This document shows, piece by piece, positions 42,994 through 51,547 of a stretch of DNA of 64,000 bases (position 1 is its first letter; the number at the start of each line of letters is the position of its first letter). Origin of the DNA: Steroidobacteraceae bacterium (lineage in GTDB: Bacteria > Pseudomonadota > Gammaproteobacteria > Steroidobacterales > Steroidobacteraceae); the NCBI GenBank assembly GCA_036393055.1, contig DASVWT010000308.1, forward strand, positions 5,657-69,656, given 5' to 3'. The notes beneath the pieces are model-generated. The model worked only from the letters and a program-made list of their open reading frames with translations, was not told the DNA's origin and did no database searches. A program made the position numbers and the translations under genes.

Positions 42994-44412
42994 ATGCACG
43001 TCAGAAATCCCCGTACCGGGAAGGATGATTTTCAGTTCGAGCCCGCCGGTCCCGCGGCGCTCGATGCGATCGCGTCCCGGCTGCGCAGCGCCCAGCCGCA
43101 GTGGGCGGCACGGACGCCACAGCGGCGGGCGGAGGCACTGCTGCGGTGGGCCGCGGCGCTCGAGAGCCACGCCGCGCGGATCATCGGCGCCCTGGAGAGC
43201 GACACCGGCCGCCGCGCCCTCTCGCGGATCGAGCTGGCAAGCGTCGCGGGCCTGAGCCGCCGCTGGGCCGCGCGTGCGCCAACGCTGATCGAGGCACAGA
43301 GCCGCAGCGGCTGCGCGACCTCGCAGCCGGGTATCACGACCTCGACGCAGCTCGTCCCCTACCCGCTGGTCGGCATCATCAGTCCCTGGAATTTTCCGCT
43401 GATCCTCTCGCTGATCGATGCCGTGCCGGCCCTGGCCGCGGGCTGTGCGGTGATGATCAAGCCGTCGGAGATCGCACCGCGATTCGTCGAGCCGCTCGAG
43501 GCGGCTACCCGTCAGGTACCCGAGGTCGCGGACGTACTCGCCTTCGTGCCGGGGGATGCGGCCACAGGCGCCGCATTGATCGATCGGGTCGACTTCGTCT
43601 GCTTCACCGGCTCCGTCGCAACCGGACGCAAGGTCGCGGCCGCCGCCGCCGCCGCGTTCATCCCCGCCAGCCTGGAACTCGGCGGCAAGGATCCGATGAT
43701 CGTGATGGCCAGCGCAGACCCGCACCATGCGGCACAGATCGCGCTGCGGGCCGGCGTCGTCAACACCGGCCAGGCCTGTCAATCCATCGAGTGTGTCCTC
43801 GTGGCCCGTGCGATCTCCGGTCCCTTCATTGCGGCATTGACCGAAGCCGCCGACCGAGTGCGGCTCAACCATCCTGACATCGGCAGCGGCGACATCGGGC
43901 CCTTCATCTCGCAGCGACAGGCGCAAATCGTCGCGGCGCAGATCGCGGATGCGCTCGCCAAGGGCGCGCGAGTGCTGAGCGGCGGCGAGGTCCTGAGCCT
44001 CGGCGGCGGCCTCTATCTGAAACCGACGGTAATCTGCGACGTGACGAGCGGGATGCGGGTGCTGGAGGAGGAGACGTTCGGCCCCATCATCCCGGTGATC
44101 CCGTTCGACACTCTGGAGGAAGCCGTGCGGCTCGCCAACCGGGGCCGTTACGGGCTCTCCGCGGCCGTGCTCGCCGCAACCGCCGAGGAAGCCGAGGCGG
44201 TTGCGAGTCAGTTGCAGGTCGGGGCGGTCTCCATCAATGACGGCAGCCTCACCGCGCTGGTGTGGGAAGCCGAAAAAACGAGCTTCAAGGACTCAGGGCT
44301 CGGCCCCTCGCGCATGGGGGATTGTGGCCTCACGCGCTTCCTGCGCCGGCGCGTGCTCATCCGTCAGTCCGGCGCCCCCGCGCCGCTGGCAGCGTATGCG
44401 GAGAAGGGTTGA
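42994..44412 (+). CDS. aldehyde dehydrogenase (paralog of 34850-36325)
   Basis: ORF track 42823..44412, start trimmed to ATG 42994 (GGAAGG 8 nt upstream; MHVRNPRTGKDDF). PWNFPL, LELGGKDPMIV, NTGQACQSIE, EETFGPI. Confidence 0.85.
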   Translation: MHVRNPRTGKDDFQFEPAGPAALDAIASRLRSAQPQWAARTPQRRAEALLRWAAALESHAARIIGALESDTGRRALSRIELASVAGLSRRWAARAPTLIEAQSRSGCATSQPGITTSTQLVPYPLVGIISPWNFPLILSLIDAVPALAAGCAVMIKPSEIAPRFVEPLEAATRQVPEVADVLAFVPGDAATGAALIDRVDFVCFTGSVATGRKVAAAAAAAFIPASLELGGKDPMIVMASADPHHAAQIALRAGVVNTGQACQSIECVLVARAISGPFIAALTEAADRVRLNHPDIGSGDIGPFISQRQAQIVAAQIADALAKGARVLSGGEVLSLGGGLYLKPTVICDVTSGMRVLEEETFGPIIPVIPFDTLEEAVRLANRGRYGLSAAVLAATAEEAEAVASQLQVGAVSINDGSLTALVWEAEKTSFKDSGLGPSRMGDCGLTRFLRRRVLIRQSGAPAPLAAYAEKG

Positions 44413-44419
44413 ATCCCGC

Positions 44420-44782
44420 TCAGGATTTCGCCAGGTCCTCGCGGATGTCCTCGATCGGGCGCTCCTGCGCCGCCGCCGCGAGCGCCTCCGCCTCCTGCTG
44501 CAGGCCGCGCATGATCCTGGCGATGTACTCGCGGGTGAGATTGCCGCGCTCCAGCGCAGCCGCCTGATCCGGCGCATACGACTCGATGTCGGCGCGCGTC
44601 AGCGATCCCCGGGTCTCGAGCAGGCGCTCGACGGTGTCGAGCCGCTCGCGCAGCACGGATACCTCGCCGACCAGAGCCATCAGCATCGACAGCATGCGGT
44701 CGAGTGCCGGATCCTCGAAGTACTGCGGGCGGCGCCCCTTGGCCTTGGCGTTCGCGCGGACCATCCAGTCGATGTCGCTCAT
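44420..44782 (-). CDS. small helical protein, partner family copy D (120 aa)
   Basis: ORF track 44420..44827, start trimmed to ATG 44782, which overlaps the methyltransferase stop (ATGA). Core LSMLMALVGEVSVLRERLDTVERLLETRGSLTRADIESYAP..REYIARIMRGL. Confidence 0.65.
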   Translation of the reverse strand: MSDIDWMVRANAKAKGRRPQYFEDPALDRMLSMLMALVGEVSVLRERLDTVERLLETRGSLTRADIESYAPDQAAALERGNLTREYIARIMRGLQQEAEALAAAAQERPIEDIREDLAKS

Positions 44783-45993
44783 GAGGCGTTGGCCTCCCGC
44801 CCTTTCCATGCGCCATACGCGTGCCATGCGGCGGCACGGCCGTAATCTTCCGCGCCCTTATCCGGCGCCCCGGGGAAGATGCGCTTGTCCACGACGGCCG
44901 TGACTCCCGTGGTGAACAGCTCCTGCGGGCGGAAGCCGCTCTCGATCATGAGCTTCTTCAGATCCAACGAGTGCATCGCCGACCAGAAGGGCTCGTTGTT
45001 GTTGAAAGCGTCCCAATCCCGAATGAACTGCTCATAGAGCGGCATGTCGGCAGTGTACTGCGGCTGCTCCAGATGCAGCGTGAGGCCGCCCGGCGCGAGC
45101 ACGCGATACAGCTCGTTCAGGATGCGCGGCAGCGCCTTGGCGCTCAGCTCGTGCAGGAACATGGTGGTCTGGACCCAGTCGAAGTATCCCTCCGGCCAGC
45201 GCGAGAGGTCCTCGGCGTTGGCCTGCAGAAAGGTCAGATTGCGAACGCCCAGCGACCGCGCGCGCGCATGGCCGTAGCGCAGGATCGGCGCCGCAGTATC
45301 GAGTGCGATCACTTCGCTCTGCGGGAACGCCTGGGCGAGCGGCACGGCGTTGTGGCCGATCGTGCAGCCGACATCGAGAATCCTCTTGGGAGTCCACCCC
45401 GGGCGCTCGCGGCCGATCCAGGCCACGAGGGCCTGTCCACCGCCGTCCGACAGCGCGCCGAGCCCGCCGGCGGTGGTCGCGAACATTCCACAGTCGTAGT
45501 TGGCTCCGGCCGATACATCGCCCGCACGCTCCTCGCCCGCATAGCTGCCGGGCATGCAGTGGATGTCGACGGCCGCCTGGTAATGCGGCGTCGACACGGC
45601 AGGATCGAGCTTCAGCGTATCGGCCCCGTCGTTGAGGGCCCGCGCCCTGGCATCGAGGTCATCGAGCTGACGCAGGACCATGGCCCTGCCGTTCTGCTGC
45701 CGCATCTCCATGGAGTTGCGCTTGAGCGCGGACCAAAGGCGATGGAACGGGTCTGCATTCATCGCGCGGCGGATCTCGAAGCGATCGCGCGGTCCGCGCC
45801 CGTGCTCTTTCTCGAAGCCGGGCAGCACCCGCTGCCGGTACGCGGCGGCGTTGCCGCGCCCCAGCGGTCCCGACAGGTACTTGTTGAGGTTGGCGAGGAA
45901 GTTGAACCGTGCCGTTTCATCGTGGCGCGGAGTCGGAAACATGCCATGGCGCGCGACCGCGGTGTAGGGCGGCGGAATGTCTGCTTGTTTCAT
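44779..45993 (-). CDS. SAM-dependent methyltransferase-like protein with N-terminal extension (paralog 4 of 4)
   Basis: ORF track 44779..46449, start trimmed to ATG 45993 (MKQADIPPPY), just after the upstream TAA. RILDVGCTIGHNA, VIALDTAA, FDWVQTTMFLHEL, LAPGG, NNNEPFW. N-terminal HGRGPRDRFEIRRAM. Confidence 0.8.
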   Translation of the reverse strand: MKQADIPPPYTAVARHGMFPTPRHDETARFNFLANLNKYLSGPLGRGNAAAYRQRVLPGFEKEHGRGPRDRFEIRRAMNADPFHRLWSALKRNSMEMRQQNGRAMVLRQLDDLDARARALNDGADTLKLDPAVSTPHYQAAVDIHCMPGSYAGEERAGDVSAGANYDCGMFATTAGGLGALSDGGGQALVAWIGRERPGWTPKRILDVGCTIGHNAVPLAQAFPQSEVIALDTAAPILRYGHARARSLGVRNLTFLQANAEDLSRWPEGYFDWVQTTMFLHELSAKALPRILNELYRVLAPGGLTLHLEQPQYTADMPLYEQFIRDWDAFNNNEPFWSAMHSLDLKKLMIESGFRPQELFTTGVTAVVDKRIFPGAPDKGAEDYGRAAAWHAYGAWKGREANAS

Positions 45994-45995
45994 GA

Positions 45996-47555
45996 TTACA
46001 GCCCCAGGCTTCCGGGATTCATGAGATGGCTCGGGTCCACCGCCGCCTTCAGCGCCCGCAGGATTTCCCAGGCTTGCGGGTCGAGGGCCTCCCGCAGCGG
46101 ATAGGTGCGCCCGATCTGAAAGTGCGCCGCCCCGAGCGAATCGACGATCTGGATGATGGAGTCGCGTAGACGTGTAACCAACTCTCGTGACGCCTCGTTG
46201 GCTGGAAACCGGGTGAGCTTCGCAAGGTGCGCGGGCTCCACGGTGCGGCGATGCAGCTCCTCGAGAGCATCGGGCCAGTAGAATACGGGCTCGACGACGC
46301 AGGCCGACGGACTGATGGCGGCGAACAGGGCGCCTGCACTCACGCCGTGGCGCTCCATTTCTCCGGCCTCGCGCGCAAAGAGGTCTTGGATCCGCCGCCA
46401 GCCTTCCGCCAGCCGGCCGTGCGGCAACAGGCCGTGCACGGGCAGCCATCGCTCGCCCGCGGGGCCGATCATGGAGTTCAGCGGCGGGAAGGGGTGCGCT
46501 CTGGCCACTTTCGGGATGGTGTTCTCGACCGGGGCTCCGCCTGCCTCGGTGACGAGACGATCGACGGCGGCGAGATCCGCGGCAACGGCGCTCTCATGCC
46601 TGCCCTCGCAGACGACATGAAGCGAGAACGATCCGGCTTCCAGGAACGAGCGCCCCGCGGCAACCACCTTGACCCCTTCTTTCAAGCCCTTCCAGGCGGA
46701 TCCCTGTGCCTTGACGACTGCCAGCAGGGAGCGCGCGTCGGCGGCAATGCTCTCGCGCTTCAACCGCTGCGACTGCAGGTAGGGATCGAAGCCGAAGCAT
46801 TCCGCAGCGAGGCGCTCGCGCGCCACGGCGCTCATGGCGGCAAAGAATCCTTCGGCCGTCGGAAGAGTATACGAGCCGTAAGCGAAGGCCTCCGCCTCGC
46901 GCACCAGTTGCAGCGTCACCGTCGCTTTGATGCCTAGTGCGCCGGTATCGGACGCGAACAACCCCGTGATGTCCGGACCGAAGGGACGGAAGAAGCCGCA
47001 CCCCGTGCTCAACACCCGGCCGTTCGCCAACACGACCTCGAAGCTCAGCGCGCCGTCGACGAGCACACCGTCGCGGGCGCCCCAGAACACGCCGTTCTGA
47101 CTCATCCCGCCGCCGATGGTCGCCTTCAATCCCGAGAGAGTCCCCCAGGCGAGCGCGCGCAGACGGTGCGGCTCGAGCGCGCGGCGCAGATCGGCCCAGG
47201 TGCAGCCCGCCTCCACTCTGGCGGTGAGGTTGACCGGGTCGACATCGAGCACGCGATTCATCGCACTCATGTCGATCAGGAGCGCACCGGGCGAGGAAGC
47301 CAGATAGCCGCCGGTATAGCTGGCGCCACCGCCGCGAGGAATCACCGCGATCCCGCGCGCGGTCGCTGCGGCCACGCCGCGCGCGAGCATCTGGGTGTCG
47401 GTCGGCCGGAAGACTGCCAGGAGCGGCGCGCCCTTCTGGAAGACATCGTGCTCGAAGTAGGCGAGCTCGGCCGCCTCTCTCGAGAGGGCGGTTTCACCCA
47501 CCGCCTGCGCGACCGTGGCAAGGCTGTCGTCGCGGACCATGCTGACGCCGCTCAT
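45996..47555 (-). CDS. FAD-linked oxidase (PCMH/GlcD-like FAD-binding domain)
   Basis: ORF track 45996..47966, start trimmed to ATG 47555 (ATGA overlap with the MFS stop). VIPRGGGASYTGG, then GCTWADL, then a C-terminal oxidase domain. 519 aa. Confidence 0.8.
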   Translation of the reverse strand: MSGVSMVRDDSLATVAQAVGETALSREAAELAYFEHDVFQKGAPLLAVFRPTDTQMLARGVAAATARGIAVIPRGGGASYTGGYLASSPGALLIDMSAMNRVLDVDPVNLTARVEAGCTWADLRRALEPHRLRALAWGTLSGLKATIGGGMSQNGVFWGARDGVLVDGALSFEVVLANGRVLSTGCGFFRPFGPDITGLFASDTGALGIKATVTLQLVREAEAFAYGSYTLPTAEGFFAAMSAVARERLAAECFGFDPYLQSQRLKRESIAADARSLLAVVKAQGSAWKGLKEGVKVVAAGRSFLEAGSFSLHVVCEGRHESAVAADLAAVDRLVTEAGGAPVENTIPKVARAHPFPPLNSMIGPAGERWLPVHGLLPHGRLAEGWRRIQDLFAREAGEMERHGVSAGALFAAISPSACVVEPVFYWPDALEELHRRTVEPAHLAKLTRFPANEASRELVTRLRDSIIQIVDSLGAAHFQIGRTYPLREALDPQAWEILRALKAAVDPSHLMNPGSLGL

Positions 47556-48829
47556 TCCGGCAGCGGTGCCGGCGTCGGCCGCAGGGACTGCATCGGCTCG
47601 CGCTCGAAGGCCGGATAACGCCCGAGCAGCAGCAGTGCGACACCGGTGATCGCGAACAGCAGCAACGCGATCATCAGGATCTCGTCGTAGCGGCCGGTCC
47701 GATCGCGCACCACTCCATAGGCCACCGGCGACAAGGACGCGCCGATCCCGAAAGCCAGATAGAGCAGTCCATAGATGCGCCCATAATGCGCCATTCCGAA
47801 GTACTTGGCGGCGAAGTAGGCGATGACGTCCGACTCCGCTCCGGCCGAGAAGGCGATCAGGAACACGCCCACGACGACCCGCGTCACGCTGGGCGTGGTG
47901 CCGGTCAGCAGCCAGCACCCGAGTCCCGAGAGCAGCAGCGCCGGACAGGCGACCGCCGGCGCCCACACTCGATCGAAGAGGTAGCCGATGAAGAGACGGG
48001 AGGCCAGGATCCCCGTGGCGATGATCCCGAGAGCGCTGGCGGCGAACCGCGGCGTGAATCCGTGCAGCTCCACGATCTCTGCGATGTGGATGTGCGCACC
48101 CGCATACGCGAAGGCGATCAGAAAAACCGCGGCGAGCAGCAGCCAGAAGCGGTAGCCGCGCAATGCCTGTGCGAGCGTGATGCCCGCAACCTGGCCGTGC
48201 TCATCGCAGATGCCGGCGGGCCGCTCCTGCGGCTTCGGATCGCGAAACCACGCGAAGCAGATCGGCAGGGCGAGCAGGAGCGGTAGCAGGGCGACCACCG
48301 GGAAGGCCAGCCGCCAGCCGCCCCAACCGATCGCCGATTGCGCCAGCTGCGGCACCACGAACGCCGCCGCGCTGGTGCCGAGGAGCATGATCGCGAGCGC
48401 CAGGCCGCGGCGGCGAAAGAACCAGATGCTGATGGCCCTGCTGAAGGTGACCGGCGTGGAGCCGATGCCCACGATGCCGAGCAGCGCCCAGAGCGCCCAG
48501 TATCCACCGACCGACCGGGGGGTGAAATAGAGGGACGCGAACACCACGGTGAACGCGACCAGTGAGGCCAGCGCCACCACACGGACGCCGAAGCGGTCCG
48601 CGAGGCCCCCGAACACCGGCGCGAGCAACGAGGCGATGATCCCGAAGATCATCATGCCGGCACTGATGTCGGCGAAGTCCCAGCCCAGCTTGGCATGGAT
48701 CGGGCCCATGACGAGCGGCAGGACGTTGAAGGGAACCGGCGAGGCGCCGCAGGCCACCCCGACGACGGCTGCCGTCAGCGGCTTCCACCCGAGGGCGAAC
48801 TCCCCCCTGCGCGCAGCCTGCGCGCTCAA
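47552..48829 (-). CDS. MFS transporter (paralog of 28512-29795)
   Basis: ORF track 47552..48925 begins at a TTG inside the operator. The start is reassigned to TTG 48829, which overlaps the leader-uORF stop (TTGA). ..GWKPLTAAVVGVACGASPVPFNVLPLVMGP.. Confidence 0.8.
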   Translation of the reverse strand: MSAQAARRGEFALGWKPLTAAVVGVACGASPVPFNVLPLVMGPIHAKLGWDFADISAGMMIFGIIASLLAPVFGGLADRFGVRVVALASLVAFTVVFASLYFTPRSVGGYWALWALLGIVGIGSTPVTFSRAISIWFFRRRGLALAIMLLGTSAAAFVVPQLAQSAIGWGGWRLAFPVVALLPLLLALPICFAWFRDPKPQERPAGICDEHGQVAGITLAQALRGYRFWLLLAAVFLIAFAYAGAHIHIAEIVELHGFTPRFAASALGIIATGILASRLFIGYLFDRVWAPAVACPALLLSGLGCWLLTGTTPSVTRVVVGVFLIAFSAGAESDVIAYFAAKYFGMAHYGRIYGLLYLAFGIGASLSPVAYGVVRDRTGRYDEILMIALLLFAITGVALLLLGRYPAFEREPMQSLRPTPAPLPE

Positions 48830-48858
48830 GGCCGCCACCCGTCTGCCGGTCGATGCAT
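48826..48858 (-). CDS. leader uORF (MHRPADGWRP, 10 codons)
   Basis: GAGGA (48869-48865), 6 nt, then ATG 48858. Reads ATGCATCGACCGGCAGACGGGTGGCGGCCTTGA. Its TGA overlaps the TTG of the MFS gene by 4 nt. Confidence 0.45.
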   Translation of the reverse strand: MHRPADGWRP

Positions 48859-48913
48859 CGTCGTTCCTCGTCTCTTGCGGCGCGGCGACTGAATTGGCGC
48901 CTTCGCGGTCTAT

Positions 48914-48953
48914 ATGTCCGGACAACTCTCGGCCGAATCCGCACGACTGTCAA
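48914..48953 (-). promoter_or_regulatory. sigma70-like promoter with palindromic operator at the start site (MFS/oxidase/methyltransferase operon)
   Basis: Minus strand: TTGACA (48953-48948), 17 nt, GAGAGT (48930-48925), then TTGTCCGGACAT (48925-48914). Same layout as 29871-29910. Confidence 0.5.
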
Positions 48954-48993
48954 GCCCCGCGGTCACGGCGATGGACGCGTCGCGGATTGCCGC

Positions 48994-49009
48994 TATAATG
49001 TCCGGACAA
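48994..49009 (+). promoter_or_regulatory. consensus -10 TATAAT fused to palindromic operator (CitE-like operon)
   Basis: TATAATGTCCGGACAA: TATAAT at 48994-48999, operator ATGTCCGGACAA at 48998-49009. Lies 21 nt before ATG 49030 (GAGGA RBS in between). Confidence 0.55.
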
Positions 49010-49029
49010 CTTTTGCACCGAGGACTCCG

Positions 49030-49854
49030 ATGAGTGTTGTGGACGGGCTGGCGAGCCTGCTGTTCGTGCCCGGCAGCCGGCCGGACCGCTTCGGCAAGGC
49101 GCTTTCGAGCGGCGCCGATGCCGTATGCATCGACCTGGAGGATGGGGTTGCCGATGCCGCCAAGGCGGAGGCGCGGGCCGCCGCCCTGGAGGCGCTCGCG
49201 GACCGCCCGCCGCGCGTCTGTCTGCGCATCAACGGGCTACGCACCCGCACCGGACTGCAGGATCTGGTGGAGCTGGCCTCCCGCGGCCACCGGCCCGAGC
49301 TGCTGTTGGTTCCCAAGGTCGAGAGCGCCGTCGATGTCGAGATCGTGTCGGCGGTGTCCGGCCTGTCGTGCATCGTGCCGCTGATCGAGACGCCGCGCGG
49401 CCTGGCCGCCGCGGCCGAGATCGCCGCCGCTCCGGCGGTCGCCGCCATGATGTTCGGCGGCGGCGATTTCGCGGCGGAGCTCGGCGTGCGGGTCGAGTGG
49501 GAGCCGCTGCGCACGGCCCGGGGCCTGTTCATACTGGCGTGCGCGCAGGCCGGAAAGCTGGCGATCGACGTCCCGTACCTGGCGCTCGAGGACCCCGCCG
49601 GCCTCGCGGCCGAAGCCAAGGCAGCCAAGGCCATCGGCTTCGGCGCCAAAGCTGCGATTCATCCGGCGCAGGTCGCGCCCATCCACGCCGTGCTCCGCCC
49701 GACCGAAGCCGAAATCGCCGAAGCCGAGGAGGCGCAGCGCGCCTTCGAGGCCGCCGGCGGCGGCGCGATCCGCTTCAAGGGGCGCCTGCTCGATGAGCCG
49801 ATCATGCGCCGCTACCGAAGAATTCTCGCACAGCAGAGGAATCAACATGCGTGA
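49030..49854 (+). CDS. HpcH/CitE-like acyl-CoA lyase (citrate lyase beta / citramalyl- or malyl-CoA lyase family)
   Basis: ORF track 48853..49854, start trimmed to ATG 49030. LLFVPGSRPDRFGKALSSGADAVCIDLEDGV, LLLVPKVES, PLIETPRG, FGGGDFAAELG. Confidence 0.85.
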   Translation: MSVVDGLASLLFVPGSRPDRFGKALSSGADAVCIDLEDGVADAAKAEARAAALEALADRPPRVCLRINGLRTRTGLQDLVELASRGHRPELLLVPKVESAVDVEIVSAVSGLSCIVPLIETPRGLAAAAEIAAAPAVAAMMFGGGDFAAELGVRVEWEPLRTARGLFILACAQAGKLAIDVPYLALEDPAGLAAEAKAAKAIGFGAKAAIHPAQVAPIHAVLRPTEAEIAEAEEAQRAFEAAGGGAIRFKGRLLDEPIMRRYRRILAQQRNQHA

Positions 49855-50356
49855 AGGCAGCATCGAAGTCGGTCCGCGGCGTTTTCGCGAGACGTTTGGC
49901 CGTTATTACGAAGACTTCGTGGCGGGTGACGTTTACGAGCATCGTCCGGGACGCACGATCACGGACGCTGACAATGTGTGGTTTACCCTGCTCACCATGA
50001 ACACTCACCCGGCCCATTTCGACTACGAGTTCGCGAAGAAGACCGAGTTCGGCAAGCCCATCGTCTGCTCGCCGCTCACCGTCGCCTTGATGGTGGGCAT
50101 GTCCGTTTCGGACGTGAGTCAGAAAGCCGTCGCGAATCTCGGCTGGGAGTCGATCAAGCTCACCCAGCCGCTCTTTCCGGGCGACACCCTCTACGCCGAG
50201 AGCGAGGTGCTCGAGAAGCGGGAATCCCGCTCTCGCCCCGAGCAGGGCCTGGTGACCGTGAAGACCACGGGAAAGAACCAGCACGGCGAGATCGTATGCA
50301 CGTTCAACCGGACGATGCTGATCTGGAAGCGGGGCTTCGGCCCTGCAGACGGCTGA
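49847..50356 (+). CDS. MaoC-like (hot-dog fold) enoyl-CoA hydratase/dehydratase
   Basis: ORF track 49793..50356, start trimmed to ATG 49847 (AGAGGA RBS). FVAGDVYEHRPGRTITDADNVWFTLLTMNTHPAHFD, GDTLYAESEVLEKRES. Confidence 0.8.
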   Translation: MREGSIEVGPRRFRETFGRYYEDFVAGDVYEHRPGRTITDADNVWFTLLTMNTHPAHFDYEFAKKTEFGKPIVCSPLTVALMVGMSVSDVSQKAVANLGWESIKLTQPLFPGDTLYAESEVLEKRESRSRPEQGLVTVKTTGKNQHGEIVCTFNRTMLIWKRGFGPADG

Positions 50357-50368
50357 TCAGAACGACCC

Positions 50369-51547
50369 ATGGATACACAAACCAAGCCGCGGACGCGGAC
50401 CATCGATCCGGACGACGAGCGCGCCCTGCTCGATGCAATCGACCGCTGGCTCGAGCGCGACGTCGCGCCGGTCGTCATGCGCCACGATCACGGCGATATC
50501 TGGCCGGCGGAGCTGGTGGCGCAAATGGCCGACATGGGTTTGTTCGGAGCGACCATCTCCCGCGAGTACGGTGGACTCGGACTTCCGGCGACCACCTATG
50601 CCACGCTCATCGCGCGCATGTCATCGATATGGATGGCGCTCACCGGGATCCTCAACTCTCACCTCATCATGGCCGCTGCCGTGGAGCGTTTCGGCACCGA
50701 GGCGCAGAGGTCGCAATGGTTGCCGCGCTTTGCCAGCGGGGAGCTGCGCGGGGGCCTCGCGCTGACGGAGCCGGATGCGGGCACCGACCTGCAGGCCATC
50801 CGTACGACGGCAACCCTCGCTGGCGACGAGTACGTCATCAACGGCACGAAGACCTGGATCTCCAACGGCATCCAGGGACACTGCTTCGCGTTGCTGGTCA
50901 AGACCGATCCGGCCACCGATCCGCCGCGCAAAGGCATGAGCTTCTTCATCGCTCCCAAGGGGCCCGGCTTCAGCGTCGGCAGGAAGATCGAGAAGCTCGG
51001 CTACAAGGGCATCGACAGCGCGGAGCTGATCTTCGATCAGTACCGCGTTCCCGCAGCGAACCTGATCGGCGGCGTCGAGGGCCAGGGTTTCTACCAGGCG
51101 ACCGGCGGCCTCGAGCTCGGCCGGATCAACGTGGCAGCGCGCGGCGTCGGCCTCGCCGACGGCTCGCTGCGGCTCGCAACCGCCTATGCCCAGGTCCGCA
51201 AGACCATGGGCAAGCCCATCGCCCAGCATCAGGCCATCCAGCTCAAGCTCGGCGAAATGGTGACCCGCGCCCGCGCCGCGCGCCTGCTGACACTCGATGC
51301 GGCGGAAGCCTACGACCGCGGCGAGCGGTGCGACCTGGAGGCGGGAGCGGCGAAGTACTTCGCCTCCGAGGCGGCGGTCCGCAATTCCGAGGAGGCCATG
51401 CGTATCTTCGGCGGCTACAGCTACTCGAAGGAATTCGAGATCGAGCGCTTCTATCGCGATGCGCTCCTCATGTGCATCGGCGAGGGCACCAACGAGATCC
51501 AGCGGATGATCATCGCCCGGCAATGGCTCAAGAGAAATCCCGTCTGA
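50369..51547 (+). CDS. acyl-CoA dehydrogenase
   Basis: 392 aa. EYGGLGL, LTEPDAGTDL, GTKTWISNG, GGYSYSKEFEIERFYRDA, IGEGTNEIQRMIIAR. Confidence 0.9.
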   Translation: MDTQTKPRTRTIDPDDERALLDAIDRWLERDVAPVVMRHDHGDIWPAELVAQMADMGLFGATISREYGGLGLPATTYATLIARMSSIWMALTGILNSHLIMAAAVERFGTEAQRSQWLPRFASGELRGGLALTEPDAGTDLQAIRTTATLAGDEYVINGTKTWISNGIQGHCFALLVKTDPATDPPRKGMSFFIAPKGPGFSVGRKIEKLGYKGIDSAELIFDQYRVPAANLIGGVEGQGFYQATGGLELGRINVAARGVGLADGSLRLATAYAQVRKTMGKPIAQHQAIQLKLGEMVTRARAARLLTLDAAEAYDRGERCDLEAGAAKYFASEAAVRNSEEAMRIFGGYSYSKEFEIERFYRDALLMCIGEGTNEIQRMIIARQWLKRNPV

